Positions 41,115-54,017 of a stretch of 64,000 bases of DNA are shown piece after piece. The position numbers and the translations under genes are program-made. A model generated the notes under the pieces. It was not told where the DNA came from, ran no database searches, and was given only the letters and a program-made list of their open reading frames with translations. Source of the stretch: Paraphysomonas bandaiensis. Its lineage: Eukaryota > Protista > Chrysophyceae. Numbering within the stretch: the stretch's first letter is position 1; each line of letters starts with the position of its first letter. The stretch is from positions 288,854-352,853 of the forward strand of contig CBFFRP010000041.1 of assembly GCA_965644295.1 (NCBI GenBank), given 5' to 3'.

Positions 41115-42168
41115 ATGGGCTGCTCGAATTCTAAGAGCGACACCGTAGTGAAGGAGTGGTCCGCTGGGAGCAAAACATCACCCCAGAAGCCTACACACAT
41201 AAATGGGAAGCGGCCGTTAGGTCTAAGTGTCGCTAGCAGTCCTAAAACAGAGCTGAATGATATTCACGTTAACATCCCTGATCCCTTCAGATCGCACTAT
41301 AAGGTCACTGATGTTATGTTCGAAAAGGGTCGCAGGAAGCTCTGTCGTGGAGTGAACCGAACTCGTCATGATGTTGTTATCGAATTTACTAATCTCAAAG
41401 CATATGAAGCAGAAGGTTACACTGAGATTGATTTCTTTAATAGATTAGATATTCTTCGTGAGCTTGACCACGTGTGTACGCCGAGAGTACTCGACTTCTT
41501 CGACGGGTCTGATGTTAATAAGATTGTTTTTGAGTACGCCCCAGGCAAGGATTTGAGGCACCTGTTAAAAGCTAAAGGCCCTCTTGCACCCAAAGTAGGA
41601 GATTGCTCTTTTTGTATTCATTTAACGTTCATGTGTAGGCAGTGAAACCTGTTGCGTTGGCGCTGATTTCAGTCCTTCAATACCTCCACAAGAATAACAT
41701 CATTCACCGCAACTTATCAGCCTCCAATATTATTATGTCATCGTTTAGCTCATTCTCTAACGAAAATCAGATGAAAGTGGTGGGGTTTACCCGTCCAGCC
41801 CGCGCACCCCGAGTAGGAGATAATATTGATGGACTGTCTCCGCTGCCACCTGTGGAGCAGAAGTACATAGATTCCTCCAGCGCCCCAGAGCTCTGTATGG
41901 CAGGTCACGGACCGGCAGTAGACCTCTATTCTTTAGGAGCTGTCCTCTACGAAGCAGTGACTGGAACTCTTCCAGATTCTGGTGATTTTACTTTCGGGCT
42001 GGAGTGGTGCGCAGAGGAATTGGTCACCTACGGAGTTAAGGTCAGATGTATATTCATGAGTTAGATATCGTTCTTAACTCCTCACAGGAATTGGTTTCTG
42101 GACTGCTTTCCAAAGACCCACTGCAAAGACCAAACCTCAAGGTGGCCAAGAGATATTTTTACTCTTAG
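41115..42168 (+). CDS. N-acylated CAMK-like pseudokinase, 3 exons
   Basis: MGCSNSK N-terminus; kinase fold (ILRELDH, IVFEYAPGKDL, YLHKNNIIHRNL, APE, VDLYSLGAVLYE, DPLQRP) lacking the VAIK Lys, HRD Asp and DFG Asp. Confidence 0.8.
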
Positions 42169-42489
42169 CAAGTGGTGACTTACGTGGCATAGCTTATAAT
42201 TTTATCGCTCTCGAGAATATTGTCCGTATCTCAGGGTAGTGTTGGTGTGGAAGTTAGTGTTGTTGACTGGTTAGCTGCGTACGCGACACTGTCTATGAAA
42301 ACCAGTATGCAACGTTTTTTGTGTAAAATGCCAGGTCGAAAGATTAGTCGCTTAACAGATATATCCCCGAATAGTTGACTAATCGATTTATTGAACTCAT
42401 TTTACGATTAGAAGCTTGATAGTAAATAATTACGTTATTATTACATTATCATTCTTCCGCATACCAGACCTATGTGTCGATATCTAATC

Positions 42490-43235
42490 CAGGGCCTGGT
42501 AACCGCTAATGGTAATGGCCATTAATGGCAATGCCATTATAATTGCCGGGACTGCATTACCATTAATGACATGTACTATAAATATAATAGTATCTCCTCT
42601 AAACTCCGAAGAAAGCCCGCCAGTTATTTGATATACTGCTACATGAATTTCTAGAGCTGCATCGATACCTTTCCCTTAATGAAAGAATTGTTGCCAGTGC
42701 AAATTTCTAGAAGACAGTGGCTAAAATTCAAGAGAATGATGAAAGAGAGTTGACAGGCAATGAGAGAAGAGTAGTTAGACACCTGCAAGGAACTGATTTT
42801 GCACAGCGCGTTCTGGACAGCGCCAAGGTAACCAACAAGAGAGCTCGACTTGGTACCTATGAGTTGAACTACCGCTGTTTGCTTCAAATTGAAGCACAAT
42901 CTAATGCTGTTGAGAGGCCCTTTAGTCGTGCAAAGTTGACTATGACACCTGAGCGTAGAAACATAAATCTATATCGTCTAGAATCTATATTCCTATACGA
43001 GCCAATTACATGTTGTGGGATGCTTATACCCTCCACGAATTCCTGCAAGAAAATCATGATGAGCCAGTGGAGAGCTATAAGTCTACTATTTATTTAAAAA
43101 TTAGTAATTAAGGGAGCACCATACTATCTATTATGAGCAGTATTATCTACTTTTAAGTTAGTAGGTATTAATGGCCATTATAATTGCCGGGAACTGAACT
43201 ATCATTATTGGCCCATTAATGGTTACCAGGCCCTG
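42490..43235 (+). mobile_element. Non-autonomous hAT DNA transposon (746 bp)
   Basis: Perfect 15-bp TIRs CAGGGCCTGGTAACC / GGTTACCAGGCCCTG; 8-bp TSD ATCTAATC (42482-42489 and 43236-43243); internal hAT dimerisation-like relic SNAVERPFSRAKLTMTPERRNI. Confidence 0.93.
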
Positions 43236-43312
43236 ATCTAATCTAAGCAGTGCTGGATAATCGTGCAGTGGTAATAAGTCACGTAGATGCGAAAGGCAGA
43301 ACCACGTAGCAG

Positions 43313-43628
43313 TATATTGAATGTCTTATTATTAGCAATAAGCGTTAAAAACCTGCACCAACTTTTAGTACCTAGATGAATGCTCTACCCATAACTAATC
43401 AGTACACACTTTTTATATCCTACTATTTAACGCTACAGAAGCTGCTTGTGCGTTGCCGCAAGCACCAAGGTGCGACCACTTCCGCGCTGAGTTCGTAAGG
43501 TGAACATCCCGATGCTTGACTTCAGCAGGCAGTCCAATACCCCGGTTACCCTTCAGGTGGGCCCTGTCCCGGATGCCTGTTTACTCGTCAGGGCCCAACG
43601 ACGTCTACACAAGTGACACTTATTAGCA
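43313..43628. repeat. Deleted copy of the modular repeat family
   Basis: Contains TCTTATTATTAGCAATA, AACGCTAC..ACCAAGGT and AAGGTGAACATCCC..GCTTGACTTCAGCAGGCAG..AGTGACACTTAT modules. Confidence 0.75.
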
Positions 43629-43881
43629 CAAGTGCAAAATAGAAGAAAGCAGTTTCTACTTCAAATCAGTAGTCGTGTCACAGTATTGGATGCGTAACAA
43701 TAATATGAATCACGACTCACCTCCCACACCCTGTGCATGGAATAGTAAGAAAAAATGTTCCAGATTTTCCCAACTATTGCAGATTATACTTCTGTCTTAA
43801 AGGCGCAGAGTATTTTTGTTTGCATGCATGATGGATGTGAAACTTCAAAGGTTTGCTTTCTCAGCAAATTATTTAGTCTTT

Positions 43882-44385
43882 TGAATTTACTTATAAAATA
43901 TAGAATACGACATTAGGGTTTGGGATGAATGATAGCAAGCAGGTAGTGGAGAGTGCTTTTAAAATGCCTTGTTATGTACAAACTACATATGAATGGTAGT
44001 TATGTCGGTGTTATGACCTCGCGTGAATATCGAAGTTTATTTTAACTGACTGTGATGTCTATCTGCTATCTGAAGTACGGAGTGTAGTAGTCGAGTACGG
44101 CAACAGTAGTTCTACGTGGAAAACTTGTTCCCACATACTGTACATATATATTGTACACGTATAATACAATATAACGAGCCGTTAGTATGTACATATTGAA
44201 TTTCATCCTAACTATACTTAAATAATTTGTCTGAGCATTGCGGTTAAAGCTTACAATATTATTAGTAGTCATTCATGCATAAGTAAGTGTTGAATTTACT
44301 TATAAAATACGATGTTTAGGTTTGGGATGAATGATAGCAAGCTGGTAGTAGAGAGTGCTTTTAAAATGTCTTGTTGTGCACAAAT
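43882..44385 (+). repeat. ~100-bp diverged direct repeat (about 43882-43982 and 44291-44385)
   Basis: TGAATTTACTTATAAAATA..GGTTTGGGATGAATGATAGCAAGC.GGTAGT.GAGAGTGCTTTTAAAATG occurs twice. Confidence 0.85.
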
Positions 44386-45593
44386 GAATTGCTGTTAATG
44401 TTCAATATATCAATATATGTAACGTAACTCTGCATTCCCTGAAGTATTAGTAACACCTGAAGTTTTTCTACTCTTATCTTTCCAGTGATAACATATATAT
44501 ATACTTGTGGCGAAATGATGAAGTACAATGCTCAAGTACTAGCTGCATTAAAAATACAGAGAGTGAAAATGAATTATGTGTAGCAAAATAGAGCGTTTGA
44601 TACTCAACATGGTGAACCTCATACACTCCGCTCGTGTCATAAGGTAGGTCAATAAACCCATAGACACCTATAAATTAAGATCCCTGTTAAAGTGAATTGG
44701 GTGTCGAAACTAGACATGGAATAAACTAACCCACGAGTAGAACATTCCCATTCGAATACTGATCAACTAATCATCGGAAGAAGGGTGTAAAACTATAAAG
44801 ATATAAGAGTTATTGTTCTGCTATTTACACGACGTCAGTCTGTTCTTGCTGGATATACTTCATATCGACATGGAGCGCGATACAAGAAAATGCTGCAAAG
44901 AATCCCCCTGAGGGTAGCGGCAGTGTCTCATGAAACACAGAAGCTCACATCAAGTGAGCATTGCCCTTATTGAATGATTCATTTTATTGATCTTTGTGAC
45001 ATATGCATAGAAGCTCGAGTACCCCGTCAGAGTAAGTCTGCATCTGTGTTAATAAGACTGCAGTTGAGCTGAAGTCAGCCGTCAAGATGCATATAGCAGC
45101 ACAGGTACTGGCAGTTCTGTATATATACACATATCCTTCCAATACGGTATAAGACTGGTATTCTGCTGCTGCAATACCATATGGAATACGCGCAAAAATG
45201 TGGAAAATTATTGTGTCAATATTTGAAAACCGGCAAAAAACAGCTCTAGTCTACGTACTTAAATATACTGTCCTCTGCACTGTGTTGGACCTCTCGTCAA
45301 TCATAGCAATAGTTATGTACACAGATAGGGACCAGTTTAGTTAACTCTGGTGGGTAACACTGACGGTTAATTCACTGCAGTTTTATATAATTGATCGCAT
45401 GACATTGAATTGAGTCAAGTTAAGGTGGTGAGGAGTATGTGCTCGAAGTAAACACTCAGAACATATAAACACACAGGTAGATTTGCACTCATACAGGACA
45501 CTGCTATCTTATCCCCACGACTATATGAGTTACAGTATCTCAGTGATTTTATATTATGTCATTAGGTTTTATATTCCCTTCTCAGATAATCAT

Positions 45594-46580
45594 ATGGAGA
45601 CTGCAACCTCTTTCCCTGACTCTGAGAACAACGACGCCCTAAAGTCGCTGCTCGCTGTGTTGAAACCAAATGCCGATACATGTGATATGTCTTCCGCTAA
45701 GCTAATGGGTCATTCAAGCGAGGTTGGAAAGTTAGGTGGGCGAATGGCGGATTCATGTTCTTTAGATGAACTGAAGGGATTCTTTCATCTTCCGCTGAAC
45801 GAGGCTGCGAAAACGCTGGGAATATGTACAACTTTGCTTAAGAAAGTCTGCCGCAAACATAACATTCGAAGATGGCCATACCGTCAAATTCAGAGCATTA
45901 TATCAAGTATTCAATCTGCTGAGGCTGCCAGTAGGAGAGAAGATCTTGATGAGGCCACCAAAGAAAAGTATATGGAGCACATATCTACACTTCAGAACAA
46001 CTTAAACCTTGTTATCAATGATCCTAATACACCAGGTGTGTCCATAATACTGATTACAAGTTGGTACCGACCTATATTTGCAGTGGTGGGCGTAACATGC
46101 ATGCCGGGTGGAGTACTGGCAGATGAGGACCTGGAAGATCTCGTCGAAGGACTCGCCGCCAGTGGAAGTAACAGTACCCAGGGACGGCCAACTCGGAGAC
46201 GCAAGCGGCGGGCCCCTACTCATGGGTCCTTAAAATCTTTTGGAAAAAGTATGCATACAGACAGTGACAGTGCGGGCATTTCTTCCCGACCCTCGTCACG
46301 GGATTGCGACAAAGCATGCAGCGGTGTGGCCGTCGGTGACACGGTGGTGAAGTGCGAATTGTCAGAGTATCGTCAGGGTGAGGGTACAGTGGGTGTAACA
46401 TATGTAGGACCGGTGACCCTTGCTCCACTGCGCCGCAGACGAATGGGTCTATCGTCTACAAAGAAAACCATATCGCTACTTGAGCCAGACATATGCGGGC
46501 ACTCAGTAACTGAGTTTCTCCCTGTGTCTGTGATACGGCTCAGTCCTACTCACGTCACGGACTCGGTGGAGCGAAGCTGA
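45594..46580 (+). CDS. RWP-RK domain transcription factor
   Basis: SLDELKGFFHLPLNEAAKTLGICTTLLKKVCRKHNIRRWPYRQI; NLS-like RRRKRR; probable in-frame intron 46036-46083; ATG at 45594. Confidence 0.9.
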   Translation: METATSFPDSENNDALKSLLAVLKPNADTCDMSSAKLMGHSSEVGKLGGRMADSCSLDELKGFFHLPLNEAAKTLGICTTLLKKVCRKHNIRRWPYRQIQSIISSIQSAEAASRREDLDEATKEKYMEHISTLQNNLNLVINDPNTPGVSIILITSWYRPIFAVVGVTCMPGGVLADEDLEDLVEGLAASGSNSTQGRPTRRRKRRAPTHGSLKSFGKSMHTDSDSAGISSRPSSRDCDKACSGVAVGDTVVKCELSEYRQGEGTVGVTYVGPVTLAPLRRRRMGLSSTKKTISLLEPDICGHSVTEFLPVSVIRLSPTHVTDSVERS

Positions 46581-47966
46581 TTATTGAAATATTGTAGTTA
46601 CCAGCGTGACGAGGAGCATGGCTGGCATCATTTTTGTTTCTGTTGCAGTAGAAAGTATGCTATATGCTGCAGAGTTTTGTGCCATCACACGAGGCAAAAT
46701 TCATTTTGTCCTCTGGTTGTTGTGATATACATGGCAGTAGAATAGATATAGCACAGCCCTTTCACTATATTTCACTTTCCTTGTTTTTTTGTGGGACATA
46801 TACTCAAATGTGTCTAAAATAATATTTCTTGTACAACTCCACATGCGTAAGAGGTCATACTTCTTAAATATCTTCGCTAGTGGGTTAAGAGTGTTATATA
46901 TTTCGATTACTTAAATGTAGTAAACGGCACTCTGCAATGACTATTTACTTTTAAACTTCATATCTAACTATGAATACAGTAAATTTTAAACGTATAGAAT
47001 AATACTAATGCCGTGTCTCCACAGAGTTGTAGCACATGTTCGTGGGAATTGAGTGTGACAGATATGTACTGTGGTTTTATTGTAGAGCTGTATTTGTTGT
47101 GTAAACAAATAAAAATCTTATATGACGATTATTTTCTCCATAAATCTCCTTAAATATTTCCACTGCTGTTATAGTATTCAGTAAAGTTATATTATTGTTT
47201 CTTGTAGCACAGAAAATAGTCAATTAATGATTAAAAGTTTGTTGTCCTTACACAATCTGCTTATTCTATCACAAACTCATTCTATCACGAATAGTTTATG
47301 TCTCCAGTATATACATGCATGAGCCACCTAACTAAATTATGCAGAGTCTAACACATATGTCCTGCTGTTAGATCAACTACGTTCATTTGGATCGAGTATA
47401 ATTTACACGCAGAATATATATGCAATGAAGGAGTTGCAACCGGAGTGTATAGTTCTCAGTTACTATTTGCCATGTTAAATTCATAGGCTTCAAAACTCAC
47501 ACTAGATTATGCGGATTATGCTGTAGTACCTGCCTACAATACACGTTACAGATAAAGTCACAGCCATAGTGCGCATACGGGGGCTGTTTCAAACGAATGC
47601 ATATCGAGATGGTGATGTAGTTGCACTGCTACACACTGCTGTATCATGCACATGAGACAGTGAATGCATCAGGAGCTCATCTCTGCGGGCGGATATTTTT
47701 GGAGGACTTCATTGCCTGGTATTCAATTGTATTCACTGTATTTTCTATCATCCATATGGTTGAGGTTGATGTTGAGGTGAGTGGTGTTCTTTTTCATCAC
47801 AACTTCATTCTTTTTTTATTCTTTCAGTACGTGCAGCTCTCTGTGTACACATCTACATGTATGTGCATGCTGTCGGATCATGTCCACTGCACATGACTGT
47901 ATCTTCATATGAACATATGAGCAGCTTGTAATCCCTCATATATACCAACACAGAAATCATGATCTA

Positions 47967-48795
47967 ATGATAAATATCCTGGGCATACCGTCGTGCCTTC
48001 ACAGGGGTGCCAAGAGCGTGATGTTGATGGATATGATGCGGGGGGTGGCCAGCTCTCACTGTGAGCTTAACTGTCTGGACATCTCATCCCTGCCGCTATT
48101 TAATCCCGATAGGTTCATGTGGCCCAATCACTTGAATGAGGTGCGGGTGTGCCATATCTATGCCTGTGACTGTGCCTATACGTGTCCATGTGATCTCTGT
48201 ATCTGTCAGGTTGAGTCATTTCGAAGAGCAATACACAGTGCAGATGCACTAGTGTTTTCTGCTTCTGAATACCCTCAGGGATATGCGTACTCATTAACTG
48301 GACCACTGAAGAATGCACTGGATTGGGCTTCGATGGAGCCAAATGTTTTGGTGGGGAAGCCAGCAGCTTTCTTAGGTAAATATATTGACTATACCGATTA
48401 CCTTTGCTGAGTTATTACCAGGAGTGGACAGTTTGACAGAAGAAGGGATGAATTGCTATCACCTTCGTCAGCTTGCCATTATTTTGGGATTGGACTGTCT
48501 TGCCGAACCTCAGTTTTGCCTTGTGCACGATGAATACTACAATAAGACCACGGGACGTATCGACGAAGACAAGGTACCCCTAGTGTTAACGTTTATATAT
48601 AATGTATTAGATATTACTTAGGTGGACACGATCAAGCACGAACTGGGTAAAGTCTTAACAGCCCTAGTGCGAAGACATACTATGATTTCATCTCCTCGAG
48701 CGCGTCTGCTATGCCAAGAGTCTGAACATTTTCAACTGGTCAATCCAGAGGTACGAAAATGGCATGTCGACGACGGGTTCAGTTTTCAGTTTTGA
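47967..48795 (+). CDS. NAD(P)H-dependent FMN reductase-like flavoprotein, 4 exons
   Basis: INILGI, LDISSLPLFNPD, VESFRRAIHSADALVFSASEY, SLTGPLKNALDWAS, LVGKPAA, YHLRQL. Confidence 0.82.
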
Positions 48796-49089
48796 GAAAC
48801 AGTGTGCTTGTAGCTATTTGCACATATTTGGAAGAGCTAACATCATTTGACACCAATGTGGATTTTGGTTTTGTTTGAGCATATTTTTATTTCCACAGAT
48901 TCTCAGGTTTATTTTCACACTTGTGATTCACTCATGTATTTTTTATTTGAAGTGATGGAGTGATCCACAATCAGCCTTTGTAATGACCATGCTTTGGTAA
49001 TTGCAGTTTACCGCCAAAGTTTTTCAAGTAACAAACTATAAATATTTTTTAATATCACCAAGATCAAGCCATTTATATTGAAGTATTTT

Positions 49090-49510
49090 AGATTCAGATT
49101 AGGTTAAACTGTAGGGTATCCGCATGATGTTGAAACCTATAATAGAATGCATAGCTATTAGTGCTTGCAACAAGAGGAAATAGGTGCTCTCTGATTAACA
49201 TCAAGTAAACAAGTGAAAAATCAAAGCATTGTTTCGAATATATGGTATCAACTATTGAACAAGCTCAGCGCAAACATAAATTCAATTGTTTGAAATATAA
49301 CTTGGATTGTTTGATGATCTGCTTTCGAATGTTGAGTCAGCTTTGGGTAAGTAATAAGTAATGTACTGAAATCACATACACATGACTGTCAATATCATAA
49401 TTAAGATAGAAGATAGTATCTGTTCGAACCGAATATTGAAGTTGAATGTCTATATTTTATCTGGTGCTAATATGAGCGCCCTGTTGAACCCAAGTTAGGT
49501 CGAAAAACAC
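49090..49510 (+). repeat. Left arm of a long diverged inverted repeat
   Basis: Reverse complement aligns by eye to 54905-55130 plus about 55680-55790. Confidence 0.75.
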
Positions 49511-49715
49511 TTTTTTGACACAGAATGGAGATAAACTCTTATGAAGTGGCAATTGTTTGCTGTATGGAAGAATGGATTACGCTTTTTCAAGTAATCATAA
49601 CAGTACCTAATATTATTTATAACATCTTATATACGGTACTTTCTTGGAAGTGGATATCAATCAGTTAATTATTTTATGATGCTTAACAAGTTCAAAGCTT
49701 AAAAACATTATGTAG

Positions 49716-50128
49716 ATAAACCTGGCGTCTGGATTTCTGGTGTGTCTCTATAGCGGAGAAATATATGACCTGTGCCCCAATTGGGATGCTTATATTCTTC
49801 GCATGCAGGACTCCGTTTACATCGATGCTGAGTATGAGAAGTATGATATGGGCTATCTCATGTCTGTTCCCAGCCATGAGAGGAAATACTTTAGGACGCC
49901 TTATAAGCACGGTAGATTCGTAAACACCTTGTTTGATGGGAATCTCGCTGCGGGTCTGACTTACAACTGTGAATTCTTCATGGATGAATCTGGGTTGGTG
50001 TGGCCTGGGTCAGGACTCTGAGACCGATACCCGCAGGTAAGGAGCTGCTTGCTGACTACGGTGAGTGGTATCACCGAAAAGTAGTAAACTGCGCCGTAAG
50101 TAAATGGTTGTTTTCCTTGCTGTGGTAA
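49716..50128 (+). pseudogene. Frameshifted SET-domain methyltransferase fragment
   Basis: GFLVCLYSGE..GYLM..HGRFVNT..YNCEF in one frame; after an apparent 5-nt insertion (TGGCC, 50001-50005) another frame reads WVRTLRPIPAGKELLADYGEWY. Confidence 0.7.
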
Positions 50129-51159
50129 ATAATAATGACCATTATTTCTCTGAGTGCTTTTGTAGTGGTTAGTCGTATTTGCCAGTGCCTTGTAGTCCTG
50201 TAGAAAGCAGACTATAGCCACGTAAGTAGGGCACGTGGTCACATCTCTGATATTAAGTTCAATCAATCTTTATTTTAAAAAATAATATTCCTCGAAACAA
50301 TGTATGCAACATTTATTTATTATAAACTTTTAGGTGCTGCATATTTTTTTGATATAGAAAAAGTCATATTGAATGTCTGATTATTAAGAAGCGCAAGCTT
50401 GTACGTTGCCGCTACCAACCTAGCAACTCGCGCGACACTAAGCATAACCTGACTCTCATCTAGTTACTATTGTATGCACCGACAAGTGCTCAACTATACA
50501 ACACTACTTAGAGTTAGCTACATGGGTATACGGCGTGTTTAAACCGGATCATACGCTCCTGCCCATCTACTTGTCCTAACACAAACTACTTGCGGTCAGT
50601 GCCTTTGGCATACGTCTTCTGTATATATGCTGCAGGGGCCTCTTCAAGGTGGTGTTCACAGCAGCAGGTAGTCTGGAGAGGAGAGTAGAGTAGCTTTAGT
50701 GCCGAGTCCTCCCACGCACGGTCACGAAGCGGTCTCACTGGCGCAATTTTGCACACTGACGCATGAAACAGTCATCTACCTAAATCTGTTACAAATTCAA
50801 GCTGACTCCAATGTCTTCCCTCTATTGTGTGCATTCGTCCAACACATGCATCCACTTTGCACTCTTCTCCTGAGTGACTTACGCTAATAGGAAACCGTGC
50901 ACCTGTCCTACTAAGCAAGAATAATATAAAAGGAACCCATATTTACCTGACCCTGCTTGGAGAATAGTGTCAGAGCCTTGTTATAATCTCAATGACCTGG
51001 GTCAAGAGAAACCCCAAGACTAGGCAGTAGACGTGTGGGCAGACATAACAGGATTAATCATATTGCGATTGCCGTGCATCCATGAGGAAAGTTTGACGCA
51101 TTTCCTCGGTCATTGACCACACAGATACTGAATAATGTAAACTCGTACTCGGCATCAAT

Positions 51160-51400
51160 CACTCAAAGAAAACGCAGTGAGCAAGTAGAATGTTGATATA
51201 CCTGACATCTGCTGTCTTCATGATGGTTGTTGAGTCCCTAAGGTGAACATCCCAGATGCTTAACTTCAGCAGGCAGCCCATAACCCCGGTTAACCTTGAG
51301 GTGGGCTCTGTCCCGGATGCCCTTGAGGTGGGCCTAACGACGTCTACACAAGTGACACTTATTGGTGTCCCTTGTACCGCACAAGCACTGGCTATGAGTG
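51160..51400. repeat. Copy of the modular repeat family
   Basis: ACTCAAAG.AAACGCAGTGAGCAAG.AGAATG.TGATATACCTGACATCTGCTG..AGTGACACTTAT matches 39171-39385. Confidence 0.8.
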
Positions 51401-51714
51401 GGCAGAACAATATCTGCTGACTATATATATATAAAAAAGTCATGTAGTATCAGCCACTTGCCGAAAAAGAAATTTATAGTTTTTAATCTTCTTGAAGGCA
51501 ACTTTCGCTACTCTACATGCCGTATACCCCGCTAAGTTTACTCAATTACTGGATCTGCGAAATTAAAAAATTGTGCAATGACCATAATTTTATAAATTTT
51601 CTCTACATGTATATTAAAGCACCATAAACATGAAACCAAATATATATACTTTATAAACTACTACGCGAAGGTAACAAATATAATAAGGTCAAGCGAAAAA
51701 CGCTCTTGATCCTG

Positions 51715-54017
51715 CTAAAGTAAAGTTTCCATAAAAAACACATGTCGATTGCTCGGGTGAAGCTCAGTAGTAACTCTATAAACAACTTCCAACTTTGAAG
51801 AGAACCTTGTACTGTTAAAAATATCTCTACCTATACTGTTTCGAATGTGCAGTCGAATGTGGAGCAAAAGATCTCGTTTCTTTTCTACTAGAGTAACGGC
51901 AGTGTCTACATATATCTTCCGCGACTCGACTGTCATCATGGAAAGGCCGATAGCTGCGTTGAGACTAGACGCAACCCTTGAACTAATGGTTTTACCAGGT
52001 CGGGTCAAAACTGGGAGGGAACCATACATCGCATCAGAAGCGGTGGTGTGAGCATCATAATTATAGGTGTCCAGGAAAAGGTCTGATGCCGCCAACGCCA
52101 TAAGATAGTCTCGTTTGGGCATGCGCTGTAGAAATACCAGTCTGCGTTCACCGAGAACCCCGAACGAGAGAGCATTTTTCTAAAACACAACCCAATCAAA
52201 AATTTCAGCAGCTACAAGTATGCGAGAGATACCTCCAACTGTATTTGAGCTTCTTCGGATTCCGCCATCAAGACCAATACTGCTCCACTTGCAGTCGTGC
52301 GTTCAAGTATTCTCATCCAGTCCTCAAAAACACCCGGGGTTATTTTCTCCAGACGGTTAAAGCAGATAAACCACACAGACCCTGTTACCTCCATAACCCT
52401 CGTAGTTGACATTCCCGAGCCATATCTACGAAGAATATCCATGCGCGCTGCATAACGGCTTCTAGGGGTAAACCACAAGTCAGATAGAGATATCAGCGTG
52501 GAGGGACTACTGGTTGCGATGTCGGCATCCGAAGGAGTAAGATCGAGGGCTTGTAATTCGTCCTGAGGTTGATATGCACCGGGAATATAGATAACTCGCT
52601 CCGAAAGGAATAGCCCATTGACGTCAGGTGCAGCAATTACACTATCTGCCAGCATATATTGAACTCCTTCAGTTGGTGACAACCCCGTAGTTCCGGCAAA
52701 ACCAAGCCAGGTTATTTGAACTCGCGCTGGCTGAACTATTAATACCTTCAGCGAGTTAAAATCATGTATGCCATCATAGTCAACCAATATATCTAAGTCA
52801 TCTTTAGCTATGACTTTCGCTGCTTCGTCAACAGACAGAGCGCTGACATCAGCAAATTTGTCTGCATGTTTTCGAATAAAAGCGCGGTGGGGACTTCCAT
52901 CGTCCGGCCCATGGGCGTAAGTTGATACCCACACACGGGAACGGTTGTGATGGCTGAATATCCGTAACATCATCTGAGTACCTGGATAATCCTCAAACCT
53001 GCGGCTGATGTAGCCTACACGTAACACCCGATCCGCGGAGACGGAAGAGCTACCCCTGCAGGTGTCAGAGTCCTGTATACTAACTCCCTCGCCTTCACGT
53101 CGGTACTCTCGTGCCCAACTGCGAGATATCGCTAAAGCAAATGCAGGGTCAACAGGAAGGAACAATGCTCGATACGGGGATAACGGACTGGGAATCCCAG
53201 GGCGACTCAAAGAGCTTACAGTGGACACCACGACAGCCTTAGAGAGAGCCTCATATCTTTGCCAGTGGCCTGTCTGCATCATATTGAACAATAAACCTAT
53301 GAGCATCTCCGCTGGAGCACGTTCAGCTGAAATTTTACGCAACGCAGAAGTGTAGTACTCCTTCGCTACACTATGCTGCTTCATATTACTGTAGGCATCT
53401 CCGATCGCAAAGTATACCTGACCAGCCTCCGTACTGCTCCTAGCATAGGGCAGCGCAGCCTCATACGTACGTATGGCAAGTTGAAATTGCTTTAGATTGT
53501 TGTATACATCTCCTAGATGAATATAACACTCGAAGTCTGTAGGGTCAATCGCCAGTGCGATCTGCATATGCTTCTGAACCATATCATAGGCACCGCGGCG
53601 GTTATACAGCTCAGCCAACTTAATATGACAGGGCTTGTATGCAGGGGCCCCTGAAACACAGCTCGTATAGACATCAGCGGCCCTGTGTATTCCCCCGCCC
53701 CTGTGATAGGCCATACCCGCATTGAGCAGAAGATGCGGTCTGTGTTCGCTCATACTACTCAGAAGAGCCATCTGCTCGAAGTACTCCCCCGCCTCTATGA
53801 ACTGGCCCAGAGACACCAGCGAGGAGGCCGCTCCTTGCATGGCAAAGGCGTTAGTGGGATCGACACGCAGGGCAGAGAGGTACTCATACAGCGCCTCTCT
53901 ATCTCTGCCCTCTCGAGAATACGCCTCACCGCGATCAAGGATACCATCCAGACTACTGTCCGATAGACACAGATAGGATACTGAGAGGTGTATCAATAGT
54001 GTGATGTGGAGGGGCAT
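51715..54017 (-). CDS. TPR-containing GT41 glycosyltransferase (OGT/SEC-SPY family) with predicted signal peptide, 2 exons
   Basis: TPR repeats, LRVGYIS, IAKDDLDILVD, PARVQITWLGFAGTTG, FNRLEKITP, DLFLDTYNYDAHTTASDAMYGSLPVLTRPG..SRVASSL; likely start MPLHITLLIHLSVSYLCLS at 54017. Confidence 0.88.

Noticed and set aside
50880-51158. Second SET relic (IDAEYE on the minus strand)
   Set aside because: Only a six-residue match; downstream SET motifs are not recoverable in any frame.
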